Positions 50,822 through 64,000 of a stretch of DNA of 64,000 nucleotides are shown here, piece by piece. Origin of the DNA: Amphiscolops sp. MND2022 (Eukaryota); assembly GCA_964187785.1 (NCBI GenBank), contig OZ076413.1:45758001-45822000 (forward strand). Direction: 5' to 3'. Made by a program: the position numbers and the translations under genes. The notes under the pieces were generated by a model. The model had not been told where the DNA came from. It ran no database searches and worked only from the letters and a program-made list of their open reading frames with translations. Position 1 is the stretch's first letter. Every line of letters starts with the position of its first letter.

Positions 50822-51904
50822 CAATGTAACCGCACCCTCAATTACGACGCCAATCGGGGAAGTTTTGATTTTTTTTCATGAATTGACAAAAGTTGGTTTT
50901 CGCACCTCCCAAAAGAAATCACAAAACTTGTGCACTTAAAAGAAATTGAGCGTGCCGCCAAAAAGATTGAAGAATCCACACACTATATTAGCAGTGTAAA
51001 AATTTTCAAGAAATTAGAAAAGTGCTTTGTGGATTCCAAACTCGACCTGTCCAAATTCCAAAATCGACTGAAGTAGGTAGGGCCAAATTGTGCTAAACCA
51101 ATATTAGAACGGAACAAAAACTCTAATGGAACGTCCGTAACATAAGAAACGATCGAACGAAAAATGATCCTTTCGATCTCACCGCGTTCTCGACAATTTT
51201 TGGAAGCTGCAGTGAAGCGTCATCTAGGCAGAATTGTTGGAGTTTAAAATTTATTTTTTGAAGCGCTTAAAACATTGATGATTCAATATAATGGAAATAT
51301 GAAGTCCCGACTACAGCCTGTAGTGACCTGAATGACTGTCAACCGATATTTTTGTGCTGGGTAAATCTGTTGAATATCCATCTACAGTGCTCCAATTTGA
51401 CGCTAAAACTGATATCCAACAAAGGTTCATTCAAGCAACATAAAGAACACACGCTTCATTGCGGGATACAAATGAGTCGTATTTATCTTTGGTTCTTCAT
51501 TGCTATCACAATTCATAATTATACAAAGAGCAGATGTTGAATTCACTGATCACATTTTAGAAGTTAATCCTGAGTCAAGTGAGAACCAATTCCTAGTTCT
51601 AACTTCTACTCTGGTTGTACCTCATTCCAGTCTGGTGTCGAGACCTTCTCTGGTTGTACCTCATTATGATCTATAAAGTCTTCAAAGTGTATGTATGATC
51701 CCGGATTCTCGAAGCCTTCCCGGATTGGCAACCAATCGCAGTCGACCGGTGGTCACCGATGATCCACCGAAGTCCAACCGGTGGATCACTGATGTGGCAT
51801 CCACGGCTTCTGCGGGGACCACCGGTGGACATTCATTAATACATCACTGATAGTTCGAACAGTAATAAATCAGTATCAAACGCAGGTTGGCATCCATCAT
51901 GTCT

Positions 51905-52027
51905 AATTTTGGGACTTATTCCATTAAAATACAGCGATTTTAGATCTTATTCTCTCAGGAAAATGATTATAGGCCTTTTTCAACCAAAATACACTAATTT
52001 CAGGTCTTATTCCATAAAATACAGTGT
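51905..52027. repeat. Degenerate ~30-bp minisatellite; continues at 52621-52664 and about 57830-57990
   Basis: Recurring aaaatacagtgattttagatcttattcc-like units on both sides of two insertions. Confidence 0.6.
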
Positions 52028-52620
52028 TTTTAGTCGGCGTTTTCGAGCATGACTTTTACAGTGGCTAATTTTGTTTTCGTCAGTTCAACGCGATCGGTCC
52101 ACTTTTTGTGCATTATGCACTTCTACCATAAGTTTTTAGTACTTCATTTTGGACGCATCCAAAGCTTCTAACATGAAATACAAAACCATTCCGAAGCAAA
52201 AGGGTCCTTCTTTCTACTTTTTTCGACACGATGAGACATTTCCCCTTTTTCGGCTGTGTTAGACTTTTTTTCGAAAATTTTTATGAAGTGTCCAGAGAAC
52301 CCCCTTCTTTTTCGATATTTTACAACAGAATGGATGTTAAAAATACCCCCAAACGGTACCCTCCGTAGGATTTTTGGGACAATAAGCGACTTACCGGAGA
52401 CGTTTTGAAAAAAAATGTTTTCTCAAATTTTCATTTTCTGAAAAATTTTCTGATGGGCAAGATTTGTTTTGTGCTGTTTCCACTTGAGTCTTTTGCGTAT
52501 TCTTGCAGTTTTTTGGCACTGTAAAATTGGTGAAATTCAAACAATGGTGTCCTTTTGCTGATTTGAAAAACATTTGATTTTTTGAAACTTAGCGGGGCGC
52601 GAGGCTGTATCCCGGCTTGC
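52028..52620 (+). mobile_element. Diverged DINE/HINE-like repeat copy
   Basis: Starts TTTTAGTCGGCG; shares gatcggtccactttt and aagggtcc motifs with 59991-60480; ends ..cccggcttgc. Confidence 0.5.
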
Positions 52621-52664
52621 TAGATTTTGTTGCATGAAAATACAGTTTCTTTTGGATCTCATTC

Positions 52665-55600
52665 TGTGGCAGAGCGCAAGCTCTAGACTGACCTCACTTA
52701 CACTAACAGGTTGTTTGTAAATACAACCTTAGAAATAGAAAAAGAGTGAATGATCATTTGCCATATGGTCTCATCGTAAAATACAGTTTCTAGAAATGAA
52801 TATTATTCACTCAACAACTCAACGAACGGTAACAGCACAACAGCCAAGGATACCGGCATTAATAAACAACCTAAACGAACAGGCTGCAGGACGAAAAATA
52901 GTAAGTGTAATATTTTTGTCATTGGGGTGTGCTGCAAGAAAAAGTCTTAAAGACAAATTTCCAGAAATGCGTTTAGCCACGATAACACTAACAGTTCTGA
53001 AAAACAATTGCGACCAAGCATTCGTAATCCGAGAAACAGAACGCTGGAAATATACAAATTTTTTCGCCAGAAAACAGAAGCAAAACGAAATAATACGCCA
53101 ATTTTGGCACACACTAACTGGAATGGCAGCAAAATGTGCATTCGGAGAGAAGGTCTCATCATGGATACATTCATTCAAAACATGAAGAACAGGATGATAC
53201 AACAAAAGTTATGCACCGAGCCAAAAGAAAAGCCACAAGAGGCATTCAGTTGCATACGAAGAGGGAATCAGCCAACACAAAACATTTGAAAGCGGAGCAA
53301 GAGAAATAAAAGCTGAACCAGTCTATGCAGTAGCGGAAAGAAAAAACACATGCACACGATGCGGACTAGAATTCAGGCAAAACCATCTTTAAATGTGCAA
53401 AGCAAAGAACGAACATTGTAGAAATTGTTCAACAATAGGGCATTTCTCCAGAATGTGCAAACGCTTCAAAAGTGGCAACACCCGGGGAAGAGGCAATTTC
53501 ACGAATCGAGCAGGAATGAGAAGAATCAATCTAATTGAAAGAGATGACGACCAATCAGAAGAGAGCGCTGGAGCAGAAGACGATATGGTCTTACACATCG
53601 GCGGAAATGGACAGCAACCATTCATAATGAAAGGGAAATTAAACGATCAAGCATTTGCAACAATGATTGATTCAGGCTCCCCAATTACCATATTCACACA
53701 AGATGACTTAAGATACATGCTCGCAAGGCCACTACCACAAACAGAGCAGTATGTGGACTACAACACCAAACCACTAAATTTACTGGGGTTCATGACAGCA
53801 GACGTCAAGGTGGGAAAAATAACCATCAAAAATGCTAGAATAGTGATCACAAGAGACGGAAAACGATCCCTCATCGGCCGACACTGACTAAATCAATTAA
53901 TCTTCCGAGTGGGAGAAGCAAACGGGAACAGTGAGTACTCTAACATTATACAAAACATTTCTGAACGACAAGACATTGAAAAATTGAAAGAAAAATTTCC
54001 CAAACTCTTTAGTAGACAAGGAAAAATAAAAGGGTTCAAAATTAAATGTGAATTTAAAAAAGAGGCAATAATTACCCAGCAGAAAGGAAGACGAATTGCA
54101 CTACAACTCCAAGAAGCAGTCCAAGCAGAGATAGACAAATTGCTGAAAGAAGGCCACATCCGCAGAGTGGAAAAGATCAGCGACGAAGTGTTCATCCAAT
54201 CAGTATTGGTGACCGTTAAAAAGGATAAAACCTTCAAAATTGCATTAGATGCCAGTTCCCTGACTGATGCCATCCTGAAAGTATCAAATGCCAAATCTGG
54301 ACAACCTCATGGAACAAGTAGCTGGAAGAATAAACGACGAAAAGGAAGGGGAAGTACGGTTCACGTCACTAGATATGCTATACGCATATGGACAAACTGA
54401 GTTACATCTAGAAACCGCACGACAGTGCAACTTTCAAATAATTGGAGGCAGAGCAACGGGATTATATGCCTTCATTACAGGGTACTACGGACTTACAATA
54501 ATGCCCCCCGAATTCCAAAAGATCATGGATAAATTACTACACAACACTCAAAACACATTTGCCTTTATCGACGATATACTAATTGTGACTAAAGGAACGA
54601 AACAGCAACACATGGACAAAATAGAAGAAGTCCTGAAAATACTCGACGAAGCGGGGATACGACTGAAACTAGAAAAATGCAAAATAGCCCAGACAAAAAC
54701 AGAATGGCTTGGCTACAAACAATCGGAAAAGGGAGTAAAGCCAATATATTAGAAAATTCAAGCCATATCAGACAGACTACGATCAAAAATCTTAGAAGAG
54801 CTTCGATCACTGATGTGCGCACTGAACCAAATGAATCGGTTTATACCCAATTTGGCGAAGTTATGCGCACCACTGCGTCCACTATTAGGCAAGGAAAACG
54901 GATGGAATTGGGGGGATGAACAAGAAAAAGCATTCCAACAAATTAAGTAGGAAATAAAACAAATCACGGAGATCAAACATTTCTAAGAGAACCAACCTTT
55001 AAAGACAATCTGTGATGCAAGCAGAGAAGGACTGAAAGCACTACTACAGCAGAAGACAGAGGAAGGTTGGCAGGCAACACATTTGCATCAAGAATTCTGA
55101 CAACCTTTGAACAAAAATACTCCATTAATGAATCAGAACTCCTTGCAGTAGTATGAGCAATAGAAAATTTTAGAAACTACGTATATGGAACACATATTGA
55201 AGTAGTATCTGACCACAAAGCTTGAACATCAATTTTGAAAGGAAACAGGGCAAAAACCACATATTCTAGTAGGCTAACACGCTGGGTAGACAGGTTACTT
55301 CCAGTTCAAGTTACAGTAACGCACTCACCTGGTAGAACAAAAGGAATGGCAGACTACTCGTCCAGACACCCATATCCGAGTAATCAAAACAACCAAGTAA
55401 AAGCAGAAGAACAATGGAACAACTGGTTCACAGTAATAAAAATTGATTATGAGAAATTTGTTTTGGATGAACGGAACCGGCAAGAAGCAACAAATAAACC
55501 AATCACAGAGAAGATGACAAATGAGATAAATGTTGCAAGTGAAAGCGAACAGGCGAACGACACCGGCAGCGAACGCAAGAACGAACTATGCAAACAAGAA

Positions 55601-57757
55601 AGGCAAACAATTAAAGGCATAATTGCGTCAATTTGTAATCAAGCTAGCAGCGAAAAGATGTACAGCTCATCAGACAGCGACATGTGCGATAACAGCACGA
55701 TCGAATTTGCAGATAAACCGCCAATAAAGACGCCTATTTGCTACTCGATAAATCAAGTAGAATTATTGCAAAATATTGGCAATTACACATTTGCCGCACA
55801 AATTGAAGCTGATGACTTTCTACAGAAAATAATCAACTTGCTGAAAAAACCAAACGCCACGAAAATAAACCGCCTTCCCCCCATGGCGAGAAAAATTCAA
55901 GTGCTTCAGCCTCGACACTAATACCTTTCTTTATATGGACGAAAGACTAGTTATTCCGAGAGCATTACGTCCAATCATCCCTCGCAGTGTGCACTACGGA
56001 CACACGGGCAGAGACAGTATGCTGGTGACGGTGGCAAACGTGTGGTGGCCACGGCTCCACCGAGAAGTGGTGGGAATTGCTCAAACGTGCCAACAGTGTA
56101 AAACATCCGGTAAGAACGTTAAGCCCTTCCTAAGGCAAAAACAAATAGGAAAAAATCCACCGTGTAAAGAAATAAATCAAGAAATAGCCATTGATTTTTC
56201 AGGACTATTTCGGAACGCAATAGGAGCTAAAAAATACTTACTAGTATCAATAGACCACTATACCGGTTGGCCCGAAGCAAAATTTTTGCGAAAACCAAAC
56301 ACCGAAACGGTAATCCAGAATTTTTACAAAGGTACATAACCAGGCATGGAATTCCAAAAACAATAAGAACAGACCCGGCCACAATATTTAGAAGTAACAA
56401 ATTCAAGTAATTCTGTAAAAAGTGGCACATAATCCTTGTAGAATGTCCAATCCGAGACCATAGAGAAAATGGAAAGGTAGAAAGGTTAATACGAAAAATA
56501 AACGAACGGCTAAGAGCGAACCAGAAAACAATAATAACAAAAGACAAAACCGGTCTATCAGAAGTACTATTCGCATTACGGATGAACCCGTCAGCAACGA
56601 AAAAATCGCCATACGAACGATACACGGGCCAAGAACCGAATACAATAAAAGGAAGAATAACTAACACAAATCAGTTCTTTTCAGAAAAACCAGAATTCTA
56701 GCTGACAGCAGACGACTTTGAATCTGGCCAGGACTCCACCATAATAATCCGCGAACCAGCACGAGGATCAAAACTTGAAGGAGCCTTCAAGAAAAGGAAA
56801 GGAACCTTGCTGGAGCATAGCAATCATACCATTACTTTCCTACCAGCGGGCAGAACAGCATCAACAAAAATCTCCGAAAGAGATCTGGGACCCAACCCCG
56901 ATGATCAACCATACTGCTCCAAATGGCCAATAAGAAGCACTCAAGCACGCAAGCAAACAAGCGATGAAGAGAATGAAACACCAATCGAGCTAAACCAACA
57001 AATTGAGAACGAACAGCCAACAGAGAACGAAATGCCAACTGAAAGGGAAATGACGAACGAAGGGGAAACAACCAATCAGAGCGAACCACCAACACCAGGG
57101 CCAATCAAAAATCAAACAGCAAAACAAAAACTGAAACAGTTGAAGAAGAAAGCTAAACAACAACAACAAAAGAACAAACTGAAACGAGAGAAAGCATGGC
57201 TAAAACAACTGGACACCATCATATCCGAATCAGACGGCGAAGAAAAGCCATTAAACGAAGAAAGACAAACAACCGGGGGAGAAGAAGAGGAGAAAAAGGA
57301 AAAAGAAGAAGAACCAATGAACGATCAACACGACGTGGAGAGCGACAGAGGAATAAACCCAATTTTTTTGGGCACAACATCATGGTGACACCACTATCAC
57401 CAGCAAACAGCCCAGAGCAAAAACCTCAACAGTGAGAAAAACAAGTTGGCTAACTCAACAAACCAAAACGAAATTTGAAGTCATGATATTCTACTTACGT
57501 TATCGTTGCAGAAGAGTATACCACTATATTATATTACTGTATCCCCACTCTGTAAAAGTTTCGTTTATGTTTACCTTCTTATACTACTATGTATATTCCG
57601 GGGGATGTGGCAGAGCGCAAGCTCTAGACTGACCTCACTTGCACCAACAGGTTGTTTGTAAATACAACCTTAGAAATAGAAAAAGAGTGAAAGATCATTT
57701 GCCATATGATCTCAACGTAAAATACAGTTGCTAGAATTGAATATTATTCACTCAACA
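52665..57757 (+). mobile_element. Ty3/Gypsy LTR retrotransposon, Mag-like, decayed
   Basis: 152-bp TG..CA LTRs (52665-52816, 57606-57757; 7 substitutions); flanks attc/aatc; PPT GGGGGA; PBS and 5' gag missing. Confidence 0.92.
52817..57388 (+). pseudogene. gag-pol: gag-pol of Mag-like Gypsy
   Basis: Knuckle CRNCSTIGHFSRMC; protease IDSGSPITI; RT YYGL..FQKIMD..FIDD; RNase H CDAS, DHK; integrase HYGHTG..WWPRL..CQQC, IDHYTGWPE, GKVERL. Confidence 0.92.
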
Positions 57758-59009
57758 AATCTCTCTTTAATTAGACAGATCACAGTTCAGTTATCGTTCA
57801 GTTATTGTTATCGAAACCTTTAACACATTCCATGAAAATAGAGTATTTTTAGATATTCTACGGAAAATACGATTTTGGGCCATATTTCACTAACAAACAG
57901 TGATTTCAGGTCTGCTTTCTTCCAAATCGGGACGTGGAGGGTGGAGCAATTTAAATCTTATTCTTTAGATCTTATTCCCCTCCAATCTAGACCATTTTTA
58001 TCTAAAATTCATGACAATCTAACCCAAAATTCCTAACATCCTACCGACCGGCGGATTCAGGCAACGCGTTGTCGAAAAGTGCCCCTAATGCTGCCCTGGA
58101 TCATTAAGGCGACCCTCTGAAATAAATAATAAATGTTCAAAACCAGAAAAAATACGCATTTTAACTGAAATGATGACAAGCAATATTTTACTGGCAGGCA
58201 AACTCGAATTGAATATTCGAAACCCGTTTTAGAATTTTGAGTGACTACCAGTCGAAATAAAATTGGCGGCCCTAAAGTTTCTGCACTGGTGGCTATCGGT
58301 GGTTTGCAATGGGTGCCACTACGGGTTCTCAAGAACTTTTCAGTTAGCGATTTCTCCTGCAATTACTTCAGGAATTACACCGTATTTTCTAGAAAAATGG
58401 TCATCCTCCGACTATGTTTTGACGTAAACTCGTTCCATTGCTAACTTAAACCAGACGTTGTTGAAACCATTTTAACCAAAGGGAGCAGAATTTTGATCCA
58501 ATCTTTGTAAATTTCTAATATCGGACTGTTCTTCCCAGCCATCGAGCAGAACAGGGCTTTCAATGTTTGCAATGTATGGACAATTGTAACAGTCTGTGTG
58601 ATTAAACTAAGTGGTTCAGGGGAGAACTGGTGAAAGAACATTTACGGTGGACCCTTCAATATCGCCAGCAGTTAGCAGGGATCACCTCTACTTGCATCAA
58701 TGATCAATTGTCACCATAGCAACATAACATCGTAGCGGAAACCGAGTCGTCGCCTCAGTTTCTGACATTTTGCTTCTGTAAACCACTGTCCTCAGCCAAA
58801 AATTACATCAACTGTGCTGTGCACAAGTTCGACCGTTTCGGCCGTTTTCTTCGAACTGTTCGGCCGTTTTTCTCGACTTATGAAAATTGAGAAAACTCAG
58901 GCTTTGGAAGCGACAAACGCCTCATCGCCACTACTGAAGAGTTGCTGTAAATCTACTTGCAACAGAAAACAGACTTTCAACAGAAATAAGTTTTTTTCCC
59001 TCAAATAGC

Positions 59010-59955
59010 AGCAAGACGGGAACGTCTAAAGTCGGCGCTATATCTCAGGCTCAAAAAGCGCAGTTTTTAAAAACTCATGTATAACGCCTGTTTCCGAACT
59101 ACAGCTTCCTCCCTACTAAAACGCAATATATTTCGGATGTATCGTGAAGAGTTCGGATATAGCGCTTTACTCCGGATATTACGAGAGGGGGTATCAATAA
59201 AATCGAAGGGGGCCCTATTGGAGACAGAAAATTGAAAAAAGTCGCACAGTGCTGAGAAAAAATCGAAAGGGGACCCTTCAGTGCCGTCCTGTTTTGTATG
59301 TTTAGTTTAAAAAGTAAAAAAATGAAACGTGGGATCCTTTGCAATAACTCAGATGCGTTTCCCAGGTATTCGGTTAGTTGAACAAACTGAAGAAAAATTT
59401 CGTCGCATTCGAGACTTTCTTAAAGAACAAGTCGGCGCTATATCTAAGGCTCAAAAGGCGGAAAGTTTTTGAAATTGTAAAAGCGGGGTCCAGTTTGTTG
59501 TAAAATATCGAAAAAAATGAAGGGGGCCCTAAGGACCTAACAAATTTTCAAAAAAAAACGAAAAATGAGAAACTTGAAAGTCTCATAGTGCCGAAAAATT
59601 TAAAAGGGGAGACCCTTTGGGCTTTTTGATACTTCAGTTTGCTGCAAAATATCCAAAAATATGAAAGGGGACCCTTTGGAGACAAAAAATTCAAAAAAGT
59701 CGCTTAGTGTCGAAGAAAATTCAAAGGGGGTCCCTATCGTCTCGTTCGGGTTTGTATCTTACGTTGAAAATTGAGTACATGAAATGGGGACCCTTTGTAC
59801 TAACTTAGATGCGTTTTCGCTTGTCGGTCCCAGTAATTTAGTAGTTCTGTAGAAAAAGTGTCCACTATGCATACATTCTGTTGTGTGACGAAAAAAGACT
59901 AGTCACTGTAATAGTCGGGCTTTTTTCCTTTTAAAAGAAAAGACTCCGACTAAAA
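59010..59955 (-). mobile_element. Two adjacent or nested DINE/HINE-like copies (termini at about 59010 and 59426)
   Basis: gtcggcgctatatct(c/a)aggctcaaaa occurs twice; internal aagggg(g)accct repeats; terminal hairpin ending CCGACTAAAA. Confidence 0.6.
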
Positions 59956-59990
59956 ACAAAAAAAACGAGTGACTGTAATAGTCGGACTTT

Positions 59991-60480
59991 TTTTAGTCGG
60001 TGCGTTTTCCTTTTAAGGAAAAATGCCCGACTATAGCAGTGACCTTTTTTTTCTTCAGACAACAATCCTCACACTGATCGGTCCACTTTTTACAATCTTG
60101 AGCAGAGCACCTGAGGCCAAGTCCGCCCAAGGCAAACTTTACTCCAAAGGGTCCCCCCTTTCCTTTTTTACTTTTTCAAGGAAACATACAAAACCGGACG
60201 TGCCCAAAGGGTCCCCCTTTGGATTTTTTTCGGCACTGTGCGACTTTTTTTTCGAAAATTTTTTAATGTCCCCAAAGGGTCTCCCCTTTGAGTTTTTTGA
60301 TATTTTGCAACGGAATGTTTGTTAATAAATCCAGAAGGGTCCCCCCTTTTACATTTTTCGGCACTATGCGATTTTTTTTGAAAGAAAAAATTTTTTCAAA
60401 AATTTCAATTTTTTTCCAAAAATGTTTTACGCTTTTTGAGCCTTAGATATGGCGCCGACTTTAGACGTTCTCGTCTTGTT
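59991..60480 (+). mobile_element. DINE/HINE-like copy, inverted relative to 33711-34101 and 59010-59955
   Basis: TTTTAGTCGGTGCG...CGCCGACTTTAGACGTTCTCGTCTTGTT with sub-terminal AGTCGG inverted repeats. Confidence 0.6.
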
Positions 60481-60990
60481 TCTTAACTAAAAATTGCTTT
60501 GTTTTTAAGTTCAGGCACCGTTGTTTTGACAACTGAAGCTTTGAACTTGTTTAGATGGGAATCACGAGTTGATTTCATGGTGATTTCTTTCCGTTCACTA
60601 TAACAACTTGTAATACGTCTTTATTTAACAATTATGAATTTAATGACATTTTAATAAATCCAGAAGGGTCCCCCCTTTTACATTTTTCGGCACTATGCGA
60701 TTTTTTTTGAAAGAAAAAATTTTTTCAAAAATTTCAATTTTTTTCCAAAAATGTTTTACGCTTTTTGAGCCTTAGATATGGCGCCGACTTTAGACGTTCT
60801 CGTCTTGTTTCTTAAAAGCTCTGACTAAAAATTGCTTTGTTTTTAAGTTCAGGCACCGTTGTTTTGACAACTGAAGCTTTGAACTTGTTTAGATGGGAAT
60901 CACGAGTTGATTTCATGGTGATTTCTTTCCGTTCACTATAACAACTTGTAATACGTCTTTATTTAACAATTATGAATTTAATAAGGTAAC
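60322..60990. repeat. Near-identical ~330-bp tandem duplication
   Basis: 60322-60650 is repeated at 60651-~60998, differing mainly by two ~9-bp indels. Confidence 0.92.
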
Positions 60991-61800
60991 TGACATTTTA
61001 AAAATAGTTTCTTTATGTATCGGTGTCACTTTAAGGGTTTTGAGTATGTAAATTGATCCTTGCCAAAATTGCAATTATTGAATGTAATTGCTATTGTTTT
61101 TTTTACAATTGAGGGGCAGAACTTCAGAGTCTTACCACTTAATCCATCAAGTCCTGATCTCCTTTTACTTTTCATCCACACAACTTGTGATTGAATCACT
61201 TTATTTACTTTTAATTTATTTGTCATCGAAGATTGAAAAACGTAAGTTGATTTCTTGATACGCTACCTAATCCACTTGAAAAAAAATTTAATGCGCCTCG
61301 TTTTTGTTTTTTTTTCTGTGATAAACCTTTTTGTCGTGTTTTTTTTTCGTTGAGATCCCTTTTTCATGTCCTGGGCCGAATATATTTACACATTTCATTA
61401 CCATTTACAATAACTGTGAGTTTGCAATTGCGTCATCTGTTATAGACTTTCGTCATGAAGTCTCTTTTTCTCTTTTTATATATCTCGGGTTTTAGACTTC
61501 TAGTTTTGGTTCGTTGATTTTTCAGTATCTTATTTTGATGCAATAAAGCGCAGTGCTGTTGAATGATTAGATATAGTTGTTTGCAGTAGTGTATCTGTCT
61601 CGATTAGATTTTTCGAGATGCTTAGATGAAGGAAAGTTTCTGGAGTGACTCTCGTTGACTCAGAAAATTGCTTATTGAAGTTTCATTCCTTGTTTTCGGG
61701 CTCAATTTGGATGTTCATCAAAAAACATAGAAGATGTCAAACTCTTGGATAATTCGAAAAACGTTTACAATCCATAACATTCAATTTCGCAGAAGATTTT
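60830..61800 (-). pseudogene. Degenerate LINE ORF2 remnant
   Basis: KSKRRSGLDGLSGKTLKFCPSIV..TFNNC, VTPIHK and LQVVIVNGKKS motifs typical of LINE RT regions. Confidence 0.55.
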
Positions 61801-61818
61801 TGTTCGGTTTTTATGACA

Positions 61819-62507
61819 TGTAACGCCCACCAGTTTGGTGGCACCTGTTAGAAGTTTTGAAAAGTCTAATTGTGACAAGGCCAACCAGACAGATACCCAA
61901 AATCAGTCAAGGAGACAGTTCACGAGAAACACACAGAGATAACACACCGAAAGACACTGAGACATCCCCGAAAACACCGTGTTGTGACTTCCCACTCCAA
62001 AAAACGTCCAATTTCACAACAGAACCCGAAAATAGCCCTGGAGATGAGAAAACTCTACAGAAGAAATCTGAAGATTTTGCATGAGGAACTTCGCAAGTTT
62101 AAGACTCACTGAGACCGTATCTTGGTGTTTCCTCAGCCTGGTGTGCTGTTTTTGTACGATTTTTCAGGTATTTGGGGATGTGTGATCTGATAGATCTCAT
62201 TTTTTTGTCATCGGTTATACCAAATATAGTGTATTTCAGATAATTGCCTTTTAAGACCTCGGGAGTATGTAGGAAGTCGCAAGAACCCTATGAATCGTTT
62301 TTACGTGCTTGTGGGACGTGTCAGGACTTTGACGTGCCGGCACGTCGCCTCGGAGCTCTGAATGAGGAATCACCTTGGTGTAAGGAAAGTCCCTCTGGGA
62401 GACCACTTTCAGGAAAAAAGCTGATGTCTAGGCTTGTAGTAAGACCTTTCAAAGCAGCATAGGGAATGTCCCAGCTCTAGTATATACGCCTCTTGCTGGA
62501 CGTTGTA
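61819..62507. mobile_element. Possible old solo LTR of the TGTAAC family
   Basis: Starts TGTAACGCCC and ends GGACGTTGTA (7/10 inverted match); 689 bp; flanks aca/ata. Confidence 0.35.
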
Positions 62508-64000
62508 ATAGTTGTCTTTTAAAAAGCATTGAACGTTTGCTTCAATGTCTAAAAGTCCAAAATTAACGCAACTTTTATTATAGGAAATGATTTTTTTGCG
62601 TACGTGTCACAGTTGACGCGCGGAATGGCTTGTGATTGTATAAGAATCGGATTTGGACGAGGGCAAGGTTGCAGAGAGAGACTTATGAAACCGTTCTTTG
62701 GATTCTGGGCCTATTTTAAAGTAGACAAGTTAACTGTGACTGACTGAGATTAAAAATGAAAGTGACTGTCAAATTGAACAAATTGAAACGATTTCACGCG
62801 TTTGCACCAAAGCGTTTAAGCCTCACCGGAAATAAACAGCGGACTAGAAATCGTTCCAAATATGCGTCAACACTACGTCAGACTTGGCAGTCTGCCAAGT
62901 TTGCCATCCAATTCTCCTCAACACTACGTCGCAATTTTATAAATCTAGACGCCTTAGCTGGTAATAAATTTAAAACAAGCTCTTATTTAGTAGGAAATGT
63001 CAAATATCAATTAGAGTTAAATTTACATTACGTCAACTTCACGTTGAATAATAAACGAATTATAAAAGGATTGTATCTTTACGTCCGCCGTACGTCAGCT
63101 CACTTTTGGAAACGATTAAAACGAAGTTTAGGACTAATTTCTCAGGTTAATACTAACTTTATTGCGCCTGAAAATTCTGATTAGGAAAGTCACATTTCAT
63201 AATGTGAAACGAAACGATGTTTGCGTTGTCGGCCTAAATTTTGGTAATATTGCTCATTTAAAATTGATGTCGCTTTGACGGAACACTGATGATGAATGAA
63301 TTGACTGATTTTGTATCTTTTGCTATAACCCATTTGATAATATTTTCTGAAGTTTGATGCATTGTTTTTATTACTTGCTCAGTATATAGTCTATATACAA
63401 TTTCCATTCCATGTAGTATTAAAATGTTGCTGTTAAAGTTAAAGTGTTTCCAATTAAATTCATTGCTGTGTTCATCTGTTAATTGACGCTAATACGTAGT
63501 CCATGAAAGTGCTAATACAGTACTAATTTATGTCGTTAATTGAAGTTCTGGTGTCTACAAGTCCTAATCTGAAGCATGCACTTAAAACACTTGTCGATGT
63601 GTACTGGATACTTTCTCTCCTAGAGTCGTCGAATTATTCATTTTACGAGAATTAGTCGTAGTTTCCCAAGTTGAAATCGAAATCAGATTTTAGTTGTTCA
63701 CGCCAGCGTCATCTCCGTGGCAAATTTCCTACGAAGCAGAGCGGTAAAACAGGGAAACTTTCCGCTTTGAACGATTGACGTAAAATTTACTTTCTGCCTG
63801 AGAGGAAATAAAAAGACGCCGGAGTGAAATGGTGTGATCAAGTGCGATGACTAATAACATACTGATCTTGCCGTGTCTTTGAGTTTGACCAAATGTCGAC
63901 GCAAATTAAAAGTTTAGATGGAATTTTCCACGAAAATAAAGTTAATGACTAATTGATCGAAGGAATGAAGGTAATCAACGTAATCAATTTATGCTAGGAG

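Noticed and set aside
59200..60400. CRISPR-like repeat array (recurring aagggg/gacccttt)
   Set aside because: Irregular spacing, degenerate units inside a dispersed repeat, eukaryotic context and no cas genes.

Overview
Transposon-dense, AT-rich eukaryotic (animal-like) genomic window with no prokaryotic features. The only host genes I can support are two convergent, intron-containing 7TM/GPCR-like paralogues (14633-17500 +, 32578-30561 -); one has an Ac/hAT-like TIR element sitting where its paralogue has uninterrupted coding sequence. The rest is nested mobile DNA: (1) a CsRN1-clade Gypsy (546-5249, -) with a tRNA-Trp PBS and an ING-type PHD finger at the integrase C-terminus; (2) a Copia element with 5-bp TSD (18279-23268, +); (3) a Mag-like Gypsy (52665-57757, +); (4) SINE, DINE/HINE-like and LINE remnants; and (5) several members of a long-LTR (about 700-730 bp, TGTAAC...GTTACA) Gypsy family. 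Its largest member (34527-50821, -, 16.3 kb) has a degenerate TARG1-like macrodomain after integrase and a separate ~900-aa ORF with an SGNH-like fold. The family shows apparent 3-bp TSDs and a PBS displaced 11-15 nt from the LTR, and includes a gag/pol-less derivative (5964-12364). All domain calls are by-eye motif recognition and need HMM or structure confirmation.
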